From positions 721 through 64,720 of the forward strand of contig CAXTCV010000004.1 of assembly GCA_964242725.1 (NCBI GenBank): 64,000 nt of DNA. Direction: 5' to 3'. Within the stretch, counting starts at the first letter, position 1. Each line of letters opens with the position of its first letter. Under the pieces are notes generated by a model. It ran no database searches, was not told the origin of the DNA, and saw only the letters and a list, made by a program, of their open reading frames with translations. The position numbers were made by a program, and so were the translations under genes. Below, piece by piece: positions 52,689 to 63,470 of this stretch. Source of the stretch: an uncultured Methylobacterium sp. Its GTDB lineage: Bacteria > Pseudomonadota > Alphaproteobacteria > Rhizobiales > Beijerinckiaceae.

Positions 52689-52899
52689 GACCTATCCGTG
52701 CCTGCGTCGCGCCGCCGGCCATCCTCGCTGGCGCGGCTCCCCCCGGGCCTCGACGGATCCAGGCCGGATTGCAAGTCCGCGATTCCACCCGACCGCGTTT
52801 CCGGCGAGACGATCGCCGCTCAATCCACCGGGCTTGCCGATGCGGGGGCTCGCTGCGCAGGCGGCCTTCGCGTCTGTGCCGACGGTGTGTCGCGCCGTA

Positions 52900-53190
52900 T
52901 CATTCCCCGTCGAGGCAGAACAGCACGCCGGCGGTCCGCTCCTTCCGCCAGACGACCGTGACCGCATAACGCACCTTGGCGTCGGTCAGCACCAGTTCGA
53001 ACGCGTTCTCCAGCATCGTCACGTGCGAGCCGAGGAACTCCAGCATCGCGCCGCGGTCGGAGATGTTCCTGATCTGACAGGGGAACCGCGCACCGTCCGG
53101 ATGCAGGGCGAAGGCCAGCAGCGCCGTGGGCTTTCGCGCGGTGAGGCGCCTTTCCACATTGCCGCCGCCGGGCGTGGCATTGCGAGACAT
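52900..53190 (-). CDS. Stand-alone PilZ domain protein
   Basis: RxxxR (RLTAR), NISDRGA and VVWR...GVLF. Confidence 0.88.
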   Translation of the reverse strand: MSRNATPGGGNVERRLTARKPTALLAFALHPDGARFPCQIRNISDRGAMLEFLGSHVTMLENAFELVLTDAKVRYAVTVVWRKERTAGVLFCLDGE

Positions 53191-53319
53191 GGCCGATCTT
53201 CCTGCCCATGTCGGCCAACATGGCGCGAGTTCAGTAAAAATGCGGTCGATTTACTAATATGTAATTGACGACATCACCTCGCGCGCGCCCGCACAGCCGA
53301 CGCGACCGAGGCCTACGCC

Positions 53320-53439
53320 CTAGGGGCGGTCGCCGCCGCGGGCGGGCGGGCCCTTGCCGGCCTTCATGATCTTGCCCACGAGCAGGCCCAGCGGGACGGA
53401 CATCAGGAACCAGGCTCTCAGAAATCGCAGCACCTTCAT
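53320..53439 (-). CDS. 39-aa single-pass membrane peptide
   Basis: GGGAG RBS; MKVLRFLRAWFLMSVPLGLLVGKIMK. Confidence 0.55.
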   Translation of the reverse strand: MKVLRFLRAWFLMSVPLGLLVGKIMKAGKGPPARGGDRP

Positions 53440-53638
53440 CGTGATCCGCTCCCTGCTTCCGACACCCATCGATATCAGACCCCGGCGCACGCCCGGCATC
53501 CATGCCCGGGGGCCTCGTGGCCCCGGAGCGACGGTGCCGTCGTTCCCCGGACATCTCGGCCTATCTGATCGTCTGTAAAATTCCTCACCTCGGTGTCCGC
53601 TCGGGGGGGCACCGCCGGAGGGCCATCGGGAAACCACC

Positions 53639-54670
53639 ATGCGTCTGCAAACCGGCCTCGCGCTGCTGCCGAGCCTTCTCGCTCTATCCGGAGGATTGTC
53701 CTCCCCCACGTCGGCCGAAGCGCCGGGGCCGCCGCCAAGGGTCACGGCAGCTCTCCCCTGGCCGCCGAACTTCTCCCAGAACGTCCAGGGCACCGGCGTG
53801 CCGGGACTCGATGGCGGACACGTCTTCCTGTGGAACCGGCCCGGAGGGTTCGATCCGGTCTCGACCCTCCGGGTCGACCGGCACGTGCCGGAGGGGTCGG
53901 GGGAGGCCACCCATACCTACAAGGCGCTCTGGGTGCTCGGATCCTCCGGGCCCCACAATGCCGGCTACGAGTGGACGATCACGGGCGAACAGCACAACCG
54001 CACCCTTGCCAGCACCGGCGCCCAGAACGTCGCGGTCAACGGGACGATCTTTAAGGAGCCCAACGGCCTCGGGCCGGTCGGGCCGTCCTGGGCCGGGAAC
54101 TTCAACTGCGTGGACATGACCAGCGAGGCCGACCCGGTCGCCTCCTGCATCGGCGCCGAGATCGACGTCTCGGCGCAATCGCCGACGACGGATCGCAACC
54201 GCCAGCGGGTCGGCCTGCAGGTCTCGACCGGCGGGGTCCCGGGCGCCCATACCGCATACGGCATCCTGATGGGCAATCTCGCCGGATCCGTCACCGACCG
54301 CGGATTCTCGTTCCAGGGCGAAGGCACCTACGGCATCGGGATCGACGCCGCCGCGGCCCGCTTCACCGGCGTGCCGATCCTGCTCGGGCCAGGGCAGCTG
54401 ATCGGCCTCGATGGCACGCGCGAGGGCGGCTTCACCCGGAGCCTCGGCTTCGACGGGCGCGACTTGGTCTACGGGATCGGCGGCGCGCCGGTGTTCCGCG
54501 TGAGCAATGCCGGCCGGGTCGAGGCCGCCGCCATCCGGGAGACGCTGCCACGCCCGCCCCGGAGCAGCGGCGACGCCTGCGTCCCGGGTGACCACGCCTG
54601 GGACGAGGCCTACGAGTACCGCTGCGTGGCGCAGAACCGCTGGAAGCGCGCGGCGCTGGCCGACTGGTGA
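53639..54670 (+). CDS. Secreted protein with phage tail-fibre-like C-terminal motif
   Basis: Signal-like N-terminus, Gly/Asn-rich beta-type body, ends PRSSGDACVPGDHAWDEAYEYRCVAQNRWKRAALADW. Confidence 0.75.
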   Translation: MRLQTGLALLPSLLALSGGLSSPTSAEAPGPPPRVTAALPWPPNFSQNVQGTGVPGLDGGHVFLWNRPGGFDPVSTLRVDRHVPEGSGEATHTYKALWVLGSSGPHNAGYEWTITGEQHNRTLASTGAQNVAVNGTIFKEPNGLGPVGPSWAGNFNCVDMTSEADPVASCIGAEIDVSAQSPTTDRNRQRVGLQVSTGGVPGAHTAYGILMGNLAGSVTDRGFSFQGEGTYGIGIDAAAARFTGVPILLGPGQLIGLDGTREGGFTRSLGFDGRDLVYGIGGAPVFRVSNAGRVEAAAIRETLPRPPRSSGDACVPGDHAWDEAYEYRCVAQNRWKRAALADW

Positions 54671-54688
54671 GCGCTGGGGCGCCGGTCG

Positions 54689-55030
54689 TCAGCGGTCGAG
54701 GATGCGCACCACCGCGCGGGTGGCGGGATCGACCACCACGATCTTGTCGCCCGGCGCCACGAAGTAGCCGAAGCGGCGCAGGCGCGGGTTCGGCGCTTCC
54801 GTGAAGGGCGCGAGCCTCACGTCCTCGGGCACGATGCTGCCGGGCCGGAGCGGGATCGAACCGACGATGGGGCCGGGCCCGACCGGACGGCGCACGATGT
54901 AGTCCCGCACGATGACATCGTCGTCGGGGCCGAACTCGTCGGGCTCCACGATGACGGCCTGCGCGAAGGCGGATCCGGTGAACAGGGCGGCGAACCCGAG
55001 GGCGGCCGCGAGGCTTGCGCGTTTCGACAT
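54689..55030 (-). CDS. DUF1236-like secreted protein
   Basis: Signal peptide (AFAQ), GSIVPEDVRLAP and YF...IVVVDPATRAVVRIL. Confidence 0.82.
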   Translation of the reverse strand: MSKRASLAAALGFAALFTGSAFAQAVIVEPDEFGPDDDVIVRDYIVRRPVGPGPIVGSIPLRPGSIVPEDVRLAPFTEAPNPRLRRFGYFVAPGDKIVVVDPATRAVVRILDR

Positions 55031-55061
55031 GTCGGGCTCCGAGATCACCAGGGCAGCCGGA

Positions 55062-55087
55062 AACACCGCCGATCCAGGATCGGTTCC
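55062..55087 (-). promoter_or_regulatory. Putative sigma-EcfG promoter
   Basis: GGAAC-N17-TGTT about 31 nt upstream of the ATG at 55030. Confidence 0.6.
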
Positions 55088-55100
55088 CGCCGCGCTCCGT

Positions 55101-55964
55101 TCAGCGCCCGATCTGGGCGGCCTCGGTCATTGGGAGCGGCGACCACCGGGTGATCTGAACGTATCCGTCCAGGGCCGCGACCACGATATGGCGGCGGTGC
55201 CGATGCACCACTGCGCCGGCCACGTGCGTGTGCCGTTCCTGCCAGCCGTGGGCCTCGGCGACGAACACCCGAGTCTCGCCCAGGCGGGCGATCGTCTCGA
55301 CGGTCCCGAAGGCCCGCACCCGCCGCAGGATCGTGGTCACGTCCTGCCGGAAATCGAGCGTCCGGTCGGAATCGCTGGCGCGGGGCCAATAGGAGCCGTC
55401 CCCCTGCGGCTCGGCGAAGCGCCAGCGGCCGGGCAGGTCGCGGCCGAGGGGGCCCGCGACGAGGCGCCGGGCGGCCATCTGGCATTTGGCCAGCAGGGTC
55501 TCGTGGTTCTCCTGCGGGCTCAGCGGAAACATGTCCTGGGCGAGGATGTCGCCGGTGTCGAAGCCGTCGGCGAGCACATGGGCGGTCACGCCCCAGGTCT
55601 CGTAGCGGTCGAGCACGGCGCGGAACAGCGGATAGGGGCCGCGCCCGATCGGGAGCGGCGACGGATGGATGTTGAACCCGTAGGCGACGCGGCCGCGCCA
55701 GCCGCGCACCAGCCACGGATAGCCCGCCACCACGAGCGCCCAGTCCTTGCCGTGCTCGGCCTGGATCGCCTCGATGTCGCGCTCCCGGATCCGCGAGAGC
55801 TGAATCGGGAGGCGCAGCGTCCGCGCGCGGGCGACGATCACGTCGTTGTGGTCGTAGATCCCGTCGCAGGGGCGGGTGAACAGTTTGATCGGCGTCCAGC
55901 CGGCATCCAGGAGCCCCTCGAACACGCCGCCGAGGAAATCGATGCCGGCGAACGCGAACTTCAT
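55101..55964 (-). CDS. Formyltransferase family protein (Fmt-like paralog)
   Basis: FNIHPSPLP..RGP and FDTGDIL motifs. Confidence 0.88.
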   Translation of the reverse strand: MKFAFAGIDFLGGVFEGLLDAGWTPIKLFTRPCDGIYDHNDVIVARARTLRLPIQLSRIRERDIEAIQAEHGKDWALVVAGYPWLVRGWRGRVAYGFNIHPSPLPIGRGPYPLFRAVLDRYETWGVTAHVLADGFDTGDILAQDMFPLSPQENHETLLAKCQMAARRLVAGPLGRDLPGRWRFAEPQGDGSYWPRASDSDRTLDFRQDVTTILRRVRAFGTVETIARLGETRVFVAEAHGWQERHTHVAGAVVHRHRRHIVVAALDGYVQITRWSPLPMTEAAQIGR

Positions 55965-56075
55965 GCTTCCCGCCTGCGACCTTAGTGCACGTGGACGGCG
56001 CAGGCCTATCGCCTGCCCGACACCGCCACGGGCCTTACCTTGATCCCATCGGATTGGGTAGCGCGGGGGTTCCAC

Positions 56076-56810
56076 GTGGGACGGGTGATCATCTACGGCG
56101 GGACCGGTGGGATCGGCTTGGCGACCGCCGCCGCCCTGCGCGCCCGCGGCTATGCCCTGCATCTCGCCGCCAGGGACGCCGCTCGGCTGTCCGAGGCCGC
56201 CGACCGGCTGGGCGAGACCACCTTCAGCGCGGGCGACATCGCCGATCCCGCCTTCTTCCCCGCCGCGACGGAGGCCGCGGGCCCGGACCTCGCGGGGCTC
56301 GTCTACGCGGTCGGCACGATCAACCTGCGTCCCCTGGGTCGGCTGACGCGCGCGGATGTGGAGACCGATTTCCGGATCAACGCCCTCGGCGCCTTCTCGG
56401 CGGTACAGGCGGCTGCGGCTGCGCTGAAGCGCGGCGGTCGCGAGGCGGGTGCCGGGATCGTGCTGTTCTCGACGGTCGCGGTCGCCCAGGGCTTCGCGGC
56501 GCACGCCTCCGTGGCCATGGCCAAGGGAGCGGTCGAGGGGCTGGCGCTGTCGCTGGCGGCCGAGCTCGCTCCGCAGATCCGCGTCAACGTGGTGGCGCCG
56601 TCGCTGACCCGGACGCCGCTCGCTGCCGCGATCACCGGCAACGACACCCTCGCCCAGGGCATCTCCGCGATGCACGCCATCCCGCGGCTCGGCCGGCCGG
56701 AGGATGTCGGCGCGCTGGCCGCCTTCCTGGTCTCGGACGAGGCGGCCTGGATCACCGGTCAGGTGATCGGCGTCGACGGCGGCCGCTCGAACCTGCGGAC
56801 GAAGGGCTGA
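56076..56810 (+). CDS. Atypical SDR oxidoreductase
   Basis: GGTGGIG, AMAKGAVEG (catalytic Tyr replaced), RVNVVAP and ITGQVIGVDGG. Confidence 0.9.
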   Translation: MGRVIIYGGTGGIGLATAAALRARGYALHLAARDAARLSEAADRLGETTFSAGDIADPAFFPAATEAAGPDLAGLVYAVGTINLRPLGRLTRADVETDFRINALGAFSAVQAAAAALKRGGREAGAGIVLFSTVAVAQGFAAHASVAMAKGAVEGLALSLAAELAPQIRVNVVAPSLTRTPLAAAITGNDTLAQGISAMHAIPRLGRPEDVGALAAFLVSDEAAWITGQVIGVDGGRSNLRTKG

Positions 56811-56814
56811 GGCG

Positions 56815-58413
56815 ATGCCGGCAAAGCGCCCCGCTGCATCCTGTGGAACGTTGCGCTTCGTCCTCGGGGACCAGCTCACCCGCCGCGTCTCGAGCCTGAT
56901 CGACCTCGATCCGGAGCGCGACGTCGTGCTCATGGTCGAGGTGCGCGACGAGGCGACCTATGTCCGCCACCACAAGCAGAAGATCGCCTTCCTGTTCGCC
57001 GCCATGCGCCACGCCGCGGCCGACCTCGCGGCCGAGGGCGTGACCGTCGACTACGTGCGCCTGACCGACCCGGGCAATACCGGCAGCTTCACCGGCGAAC
57101 TGGAGCGGGCGGTCGCCCGCCACCGTCCCGAGCGCGTGGTCGTCACGGAGCCCGGGGAATGGCGGGTCTGGGCGATGATGCAGGACTGGCGCGCGACGCT
57201 CGCCGTGCCGGTGGAGATCCGCGACGACAACCGTTTCCTCTGCCCGCGCGCGGATTTCGCCAACTGGGCCGAGGACCGGCACCATCTGCGGATGGAAACC
57301 TTCTATCGCGGCATGCGCCGCCGCACCGGGCTGCTCATGGAGAACGGCGAGCCGGTCGGCGGACGCTGGAACTTCGACGCCGAGAACCGCAAGCGCCTGC
57401 CGCGGGGCCATCGGGTACCCGATCGGATCGGATTCCAGCCGGACGCGGTCACCCGGGAGGTGATCGCCCTGGTGGAGCGCGAGTTCGGCGGGCATTTCGG
57501 CGATCTCGCCACGTTCTCCTGGCCGGTCACGCGGGGCGATGCCCTCGCCGCGCTCCGGGATTTCATCGCCACGTGCCTGCCGACCTTCGGCGACTACCAG
57601 GACGCCATGAAGACCGGCGCGCCGTACCTCTATCACGCGCTGATCTCGCCGGCCCTCAACGCCGGCCTGCTGACCGCCGAAGAGGTCTGTCGGGCCGCCG
57701 AGCGGGCCTATCGCGAGGGCGCGGCCCCCCTGCACTGCGTCGAAGGGTTCATCCGGCAGATCCTCGGCTGGCGGGAATACGTCCGGGGAATCTACTGGGC
57801 GCGGATGCCGGCGTATCGCGCGACGAACGCCCTCGAAGCGGGACGGGCGCTGCCGTGGTTCTACTGGTCGGGCCAGACAAAGCTCAACTGCATCGCCCAG
57901 GTGGTCTCGGACACGCGCGCCCATGCCTACGCCCACCACATCCAGCGCCTGATGGTCACGGGCAACTTCGCCCTGATCGCCGGCCTCGATCCGGCGCAGG
58001 TCGAGGAATGGTATCTGATCGTCTTCGCCGATGCCTACGAATGGGTGGAGCTGCCCAACGTGCACGGGATGGTGCTCTGGGCCGATGGCGGCGTCATGGG
58101 CTCGAAGCCCTATGCCGCATCGGGGGCCTATATCGACCGGATGTCGGATTACTGCGGGTCCTGCACGTATGACGTGAAGGTCAAGTCCGGAGCCGCGGCC
58201 TGCCCGTTCAACTACCTGTACTGGAATTTCCTGATCGAGAACGAGGATCGGCTGGCCCAGAATCCCCGCATGGCCATGCCGTACCGGACGTTGCGCGGCA
58301 TGACGGAGACGCGGCGCGCCGAGATCCGCCGCGATGCCGCCGCGTTCCTGGAGTCCCTGAGTAGCCGGCCCGATGCCGCTCACCAGGGCGACCAGACCGC
58401 GAGCGCCACATAG
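56815..58413 (+). CDS. cryB: FeS bacterial cryptochrome / (6-4) photolyase (CryB/PhrB type)
   Basis: VLGDQL, HHKQKI, QILGWREY and HHIQRLM; four FeS Cys (LNC, YCGSC, ACPF). Confidence 0.95.
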   Translation: MPAKRPAASCGTLRFVLGDQLTRRVSSLIDLDPERDVVLMVEVRDEATYVRHHKQKIAFLFAAMRHAAADLAAEGVTVDYVRLTDPGNTGSFTGELERAVARHRPERVVVTEPGEWRVWAMMQDWRATLAVPVEIRDDNRFLCPRADFANWAEDRHHLRMETFYRGMRRRTGLLMENGEPVGGRWNFDAENRKRLPRGHRVPDRIGFQPDAVTREVIALVEREFGGHFGDLATFSWPVTRGDALAALRDFIATCLPTFGDYQDAMKTGAPYLYHALISPALNAGLLTAEEVCRAAERAYREGAAPLHCVEGFIRQILGWREYVRGIYWARMPAYRATNALEAGRALPWFYWSGQTKLNCIAQVVSDTRAHAYAHHIQRLMVTGNFALIAGLDPAQVEEWYLIVFADAYEWVELPNVHGMVLWADGGVMGSKPYAASGAYIDRMSDYCGSCTYDVKVKSGAAACPFNYLYWNFLIENEDRLAQNPRMAMPYRTLRGMTETRRAEIRRDAAAFLESLSSRPDAAHQGDQTASAT

Positions 58414-59105
58414 GGACCGGTCGTCCGCCGACCCGTCTCGGTCTGGACGCCGGCGGAGACGCGGACATTGGACCGACCGACGGCGAAATCCGTGGCGTGC
58501 ACGCCGAAGTTCCACTTTCGATAGCCGGTGGCATCCGTGTACAGGCTGAGCTCCGGACCGAGATAGGCCCCCCAGAGGCGGTAACCCCAGGCTGCGCGAG
58601 CCCAGAGGCTATCGCGCGCGGAGCCCGCGATCACGGTCATCTGGAGCAACGTCGCCTCGGTCGGACGCGCCCAGATTTCGCCGTGGAGGCGCAGGCCGTA
58701 ACGGACGGGCAGAAGGGCCGGGCCCCGGCTGCCCACGAGCATCTCCCGCGTGATCTCGGGCCCCGCAAAGGCTGCAACCACGCCCCAGTCGAAAACCCAT
58801 TGGTAGCCGGCAACCAGGGTGAAGGCGGCCGAGTAGCGCCGGCGGGCACCGGCCGATCCGCGCTCGTCCCGCCATCCGCCACCGAGACTCGCCAGCGCGA
58901 CGGCACCGCCCCGATCGAGCGCCGGCACGCCGATTTTCACTCCGGTCGTCACGTAGGTCGGGGCCCCCGCGTCGAGGCTGCCGAACAGAAGCGTGTCGAT
59001 CTCCCCAGCCCGGGCTGCGGCCGGCAACATCGCGCAGCGGAGAAGGTCCATGGCCGCGCAGACGGAAATGCCGCTCTGCCTCGATAAAACACGCACGAGT
59101 CGCAC
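58380..59105 (-). CDS. Cellulose biosynthesis protein BcsS-like beta-barrel
   Basis: AGYQW, FAGPE, GEIWARPT and YLGPE motifs; start uncertain; 34-bp convergent overlap with the photolyase. Confidence 0.75.
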   Translation of the reverse strand: MRLVRVLSRQSGISVCAAMDLLRCAMLPAAARAGEIDTLLFGSLDAGAPTYVTTGVKIGVPALDRGGAVALASLGGGWRDERGSAGARRRYSAAFTLVAGYQWVFDWGVVAAFAGPEITREMLVGSRGPALLPVRYGLRLHGEIWARPTEATLLQMTVIAGSARDSLWARAAWGYRLWGAYLGPELSLYTDATGYRKWNFGVHATDFAVGRSNVRVSAGVQTETGRRTTGPYVALAVWSPW

Positions 59106-59397
59106 CGATCGGCCCTGACGCAGGGACGATGTCTGACGGCACCGAACAAAACGAGACGCGCGCTCGACGTATCAACGTCAAAAAATCTTCGGTGCCGGTG
59201 CCCCCGCATCATGACGGGCAGGCGGATCCGTTGAAAAGTCTTGCGGACACATCGCCGTTGCTCGGTCTGCGGCGAGCCTCTTCTGATCGCATCCGTCTGC
59301 CGTCGGATCGATGCCGCCCTGTCGCAAAGCTGCCATGCTTGGCCTGCCACAGGATCTCGGCTAGAGCGCCCGCGGGACAGCGAAGGTTGGCGGATCC

Positions 59398-60003
59398 TTG
59401 ACCTCCGGTGCACGAACGTCGGACGTCCTCACGGTACTGGCGAGCCAGGAGGGCGAGCGCCTCACCGTGGGCGACATCGTCGCGGTCCTGCGGGATCGCG
59501 CCTTCGCGCTGCTCGTCGTGCTGCTCGGCTTGCCGAACTGCCTGCCGATGCCGCCGCCGATCCCGCTGATCTGCGGCCTGCTGCTGCTGCTCGTGGCCAT
59601 CCAGATCGCCGTCGGCATGTCGGCGCCCTGGCTGCCGCGGATGCTGCTCGGCCGTTCCATAGCCCTGGTCGACGTGCGGCGCGCCGTGACCCGGGCGGTG
59701 CCGGTGCTGCGGCGCCTCGAGCGCTGGTCGCGCCCGCGCATGAGCGTGTTCGAGACCGCTCTGGGCATGCGCGGCATGGGCGTCGCCCTTCTGGCCCTGG
59801 CGCTCGCCCTGATCGTGGCCGCGCCCATCGTCGGGCAGATCCCTCTCGGGCTTGCCGTCTGCCTCGTGGGCCTCGGCCTCGTCGAGCGGGACGGCATCGT
59901 GGTGATCTGCGGCCTGGTCATCGGCGTGTTCGGCGTCGCCATCAACGCCGGCTTCGCCTACGCGGTCATCGCCGGGATCCTGGGTCTCCTGAACCTCTGG
60001 TAG
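59398..60003 (+). CDS. exoD: ExoD family exopolysaccharide synthesis protein
   Basis: LRDRAFA, LPNCLP, PWLP, LERWSRPR and GLVERDG motifs; TTG start. Confidence 0.9.
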   Translation: MTSGARTSDVLTVLASQEGERLTVGDIVAVLRDRAFALLVVLLGLPNCLPMPPPIPLICGLLLLLVAIQIAVGMSAPWLPRMLLGRSIALVDVRRAVTRAVPVLRRLERWSRPRMSVFETALGMRGMGVALLALALALIVAAPIVGQIPLGLAVCLVGLGLVERDGIVVICGLVIGVFGVAINAGFAYAVIAGILGLLNLW

Positions 60004-60009
60004 GGCACG

Positions 60010-60522
60010 TCAGAGGCGATAGCGGATCTGGTCGGTCCAGAACCGCTCCAGACGGCCGAGCGCCAGGTTGAGCCGGTTGAAGTCCTCGTCGGAGATGCCG
60101 CCGATCGGCGCGATCGTGCGGGCGTGCTTGTCGTAGAGACCCTGGATGATCTCGTGCACCTGCCGGCCCTTGTCGGTCAGGCTGATCCGGACCGAGCGGC
60201 GGTCGGTCTTCGAACGGGCGTGATGCAGGTAGCCCGATTCGACGAGCTTCTTGACGTTGTAGGAGACGTTGGAGCCGAGATAGTAGCCCTTCGTGCGCAG
60301 CTCGCTCGCGGTGAGCTCCTTGTCGCCGATGTTGTACAGGAGCAGGGCCTGGACGCTGTTGACGTCCTCGCGGCCGCGGCGCTCGAATTCGTCCTTGATC
60401 ACGTCGAGGAGCCGGCGGTGCAGCCGTTCCACCAGGTGGAGAGCCTCCAGATAGGAGCCTTTCCCGGCCAGCGCCTCGTCGGCGGTCTCGATCTGCGTGA
60501 CCCGGGCGCCCTGCGTCTTCAT
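60010..60522 (-). CDS. ldtR: MarR-family regulator LdtR
   Basis: VERLHRRLLDVIKDEF, YYLGSNVSYN and ERFWTDQIRYRL; conserved position near hemB. Confidence 0.9.
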   Translation of the reverse strand: MKTQGARVTQIETADEALAGKGSYLEALHLVERLHRRLLDVIKDEFERRGREDVNSVQALLLYNIGDKELTASELRTKGYYLGSNVSYNVKKLVESGYLHHARSKTDRRSVRISLTDKGRQVHEIIQGLYDKHARTIAPIGGISDEDFNRLNLALGRLERFWTDQIRYRL

Positions 60523-60683
60523 CTCTGCCTCGCCATCCAATGCTGCGGTGTCCGTTCGATCCGGTGCCGCTGATGATGGATAAGCTATCGCTCGGGAATG
60601 AAAGGCGATTTAAGCGACAGGATGAATTCCCGATTTACGCTTCGCGGTAAAGACAAACTGAAGCGAAGATCAGAACGGTTCGT

Positions 60684-61142
60684 TCACCGTGCTTCCTGCG
60701 CCGCCAGCCAGGACAGCAGGAAGTACAGGGTCACCACACAGCCCCCGAATACGAGCAGCGCGAGCGGCATCGGCAGGAGTTGCGGTGTCAGGACCGCGAG
60801 CGTCATGGCGGATGTCACGGCCAGCAACCAGATCACGCCGCCCCAGGCACTGGTCAGCCACAGGCCGATCGCCGCCGCAGCGTCCACCACAGCGAAGGCA
60901 ACGATCGCCGCCTGCCGGCCGAACGGCTCGGTCTCGAACGGCCGCGTTCCAGGGATCACGTCGAGGATGGTGGCCCAGGACGCGATGCTCTTGAGCAGCC
61001 AGAGCAGCGCCGTGAGCCGCATGAACCAGATCAGCACCGTATCCCACGTGCCGGAGGCCGGGCCCTGGGCGCGCTCGATCCGGTCTATCGGCATCTCGCC
61101 GGGCCGGGGGGCCTTGCGCCGAATCGGGAGGTAGCCGGACAC
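60684..61142 (-). CDS. DUF6163-like membrane protein
   Basis: AAIGLWLTSAWGGVIW, 4 TM segments, located between ldtR and hemB. Confidence 0.8.
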   Translation of the reverse strand: MSGYLPIRRKAPRPGEMPIDRIERAQGPASGTWDTVLIWFMRLTALLWLLKSIASWATILDVIPGTRPFETEPFGRQAAIVAFAVVDAAAAIGLWLTSAWGGVIWLLAVTSAMTLAVLTPQLLPMPLALLVFGGCVVTLYFLLSWLAAQEAR

Positions 61143-61343
61143 TACGGCGTGCTCGCGGAGGGGAGGGGCCGGTGCATGATGAGGGCCGGGATCCTGATCG
61201 GTCGATGCGGGGATGCCGGGTTGAAGCGGTTCCGCGACTCTGCGTCAACGGTCGGGTTTCGCCGCCTCGGCCCGGTGTGCTAGTTCGGTGCCTCCGGCGC
61301 GTCTGCGCCGTGCGATCCGCGGCGCCGGCCGCGCGAACGGTAG

Positions 61344-62764
<1,421 letters not shown>

Positions 62765-62857
62765 TCGGCCCGGGGGTCTCCGCGCGACCGCCCCTTGCGA
62801 CCCCCGCGCCTCGCACCCACTTCATCGTCCGCAGCCTCGTTTGCAGGACGCGACATC

Positions 62858-63346
62858 ATGCAGAATACGCAATCTGGTTACGCCCCGCGTTTCGATACGA
62901 CCGGTTACGCGGCATCGCTTCCCGTCCCGTTCGTCCGCGCGAGCCTTGGCGGCCGCACCGTGGCCTACCTCCTCGACATCCTGTTCATCATGGGCTTCAC
63001 CGCGCTGCTGACGCTGCTGATCACGGTGGTGGGCGTCGTGACGTTCGGGTTGGGCTGGACCCTGTTCGCCGTCCTGCCGGCGAGCGGGATCATCTACAGC
63101 GCGATCACGGTCGGCGGTGCGCGGCAGAGCACGATCGGGCAGAGGCTGATGGGTCTTCGGGTCGTGGCGCCCGAGAGCGGTGCCCGGGTCGATATCATCA
63201 CGGCCGCCGTCCACGCCCTGCTGTTCTATGTTGCGGTCTCGACCTTCCTCCTGTGGTGCGTGGATGTCGCCTTCGGTGTCGTCCGGTCGGACCGGCGTCT
63301 CGGCCACGACGTTCTGCTCGGCCTCGCCGTGGTCCACGCACGCTGA
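62858..63346 (+). CDS. RDD family membrane protein
   Basis: RTVAYLLD, TIGQRLMGLRV and RRLGHD motifs. Confidence 0.9.
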   Translation: MQNTQSGYAPRFDTTGYAASLPVPFVRASLGGRTVAYLLDILFIMGFTALLTLLITVVGVVTFGLGWTLFAVLPASGIIYSAITVGGARQSTIGQRLMGLRVVAPESGARVDIITAAVHALLFYVAVSTFLLWCVDVAFGVVRSDRRLGHDVLLGLAVVHAR

Positions 63347-63470
63347 GGCCTCTGTGCCGCGGTGAAAATCTCGCCCGGCGGCGGTCGGGGGCATTGAGCC
63401 CGGCGGCCGCGGCTGTACATTGGCACGCCGGCGCCGAGAGGACATACCCGGTGCAGGGTCAAGACCGAGC

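Noticed and set aside
55101-56933. Apparent 610-aa formyltransferase
   Set aside because: The extension is antisense to the SDR gene; the real start is 55964.
58380-58413. 34-bp convergent overlap of the photolyase and bcsS-like genes
   Set aside because: Short 3' overlaps are common in GC-rich genomes; no further signal.
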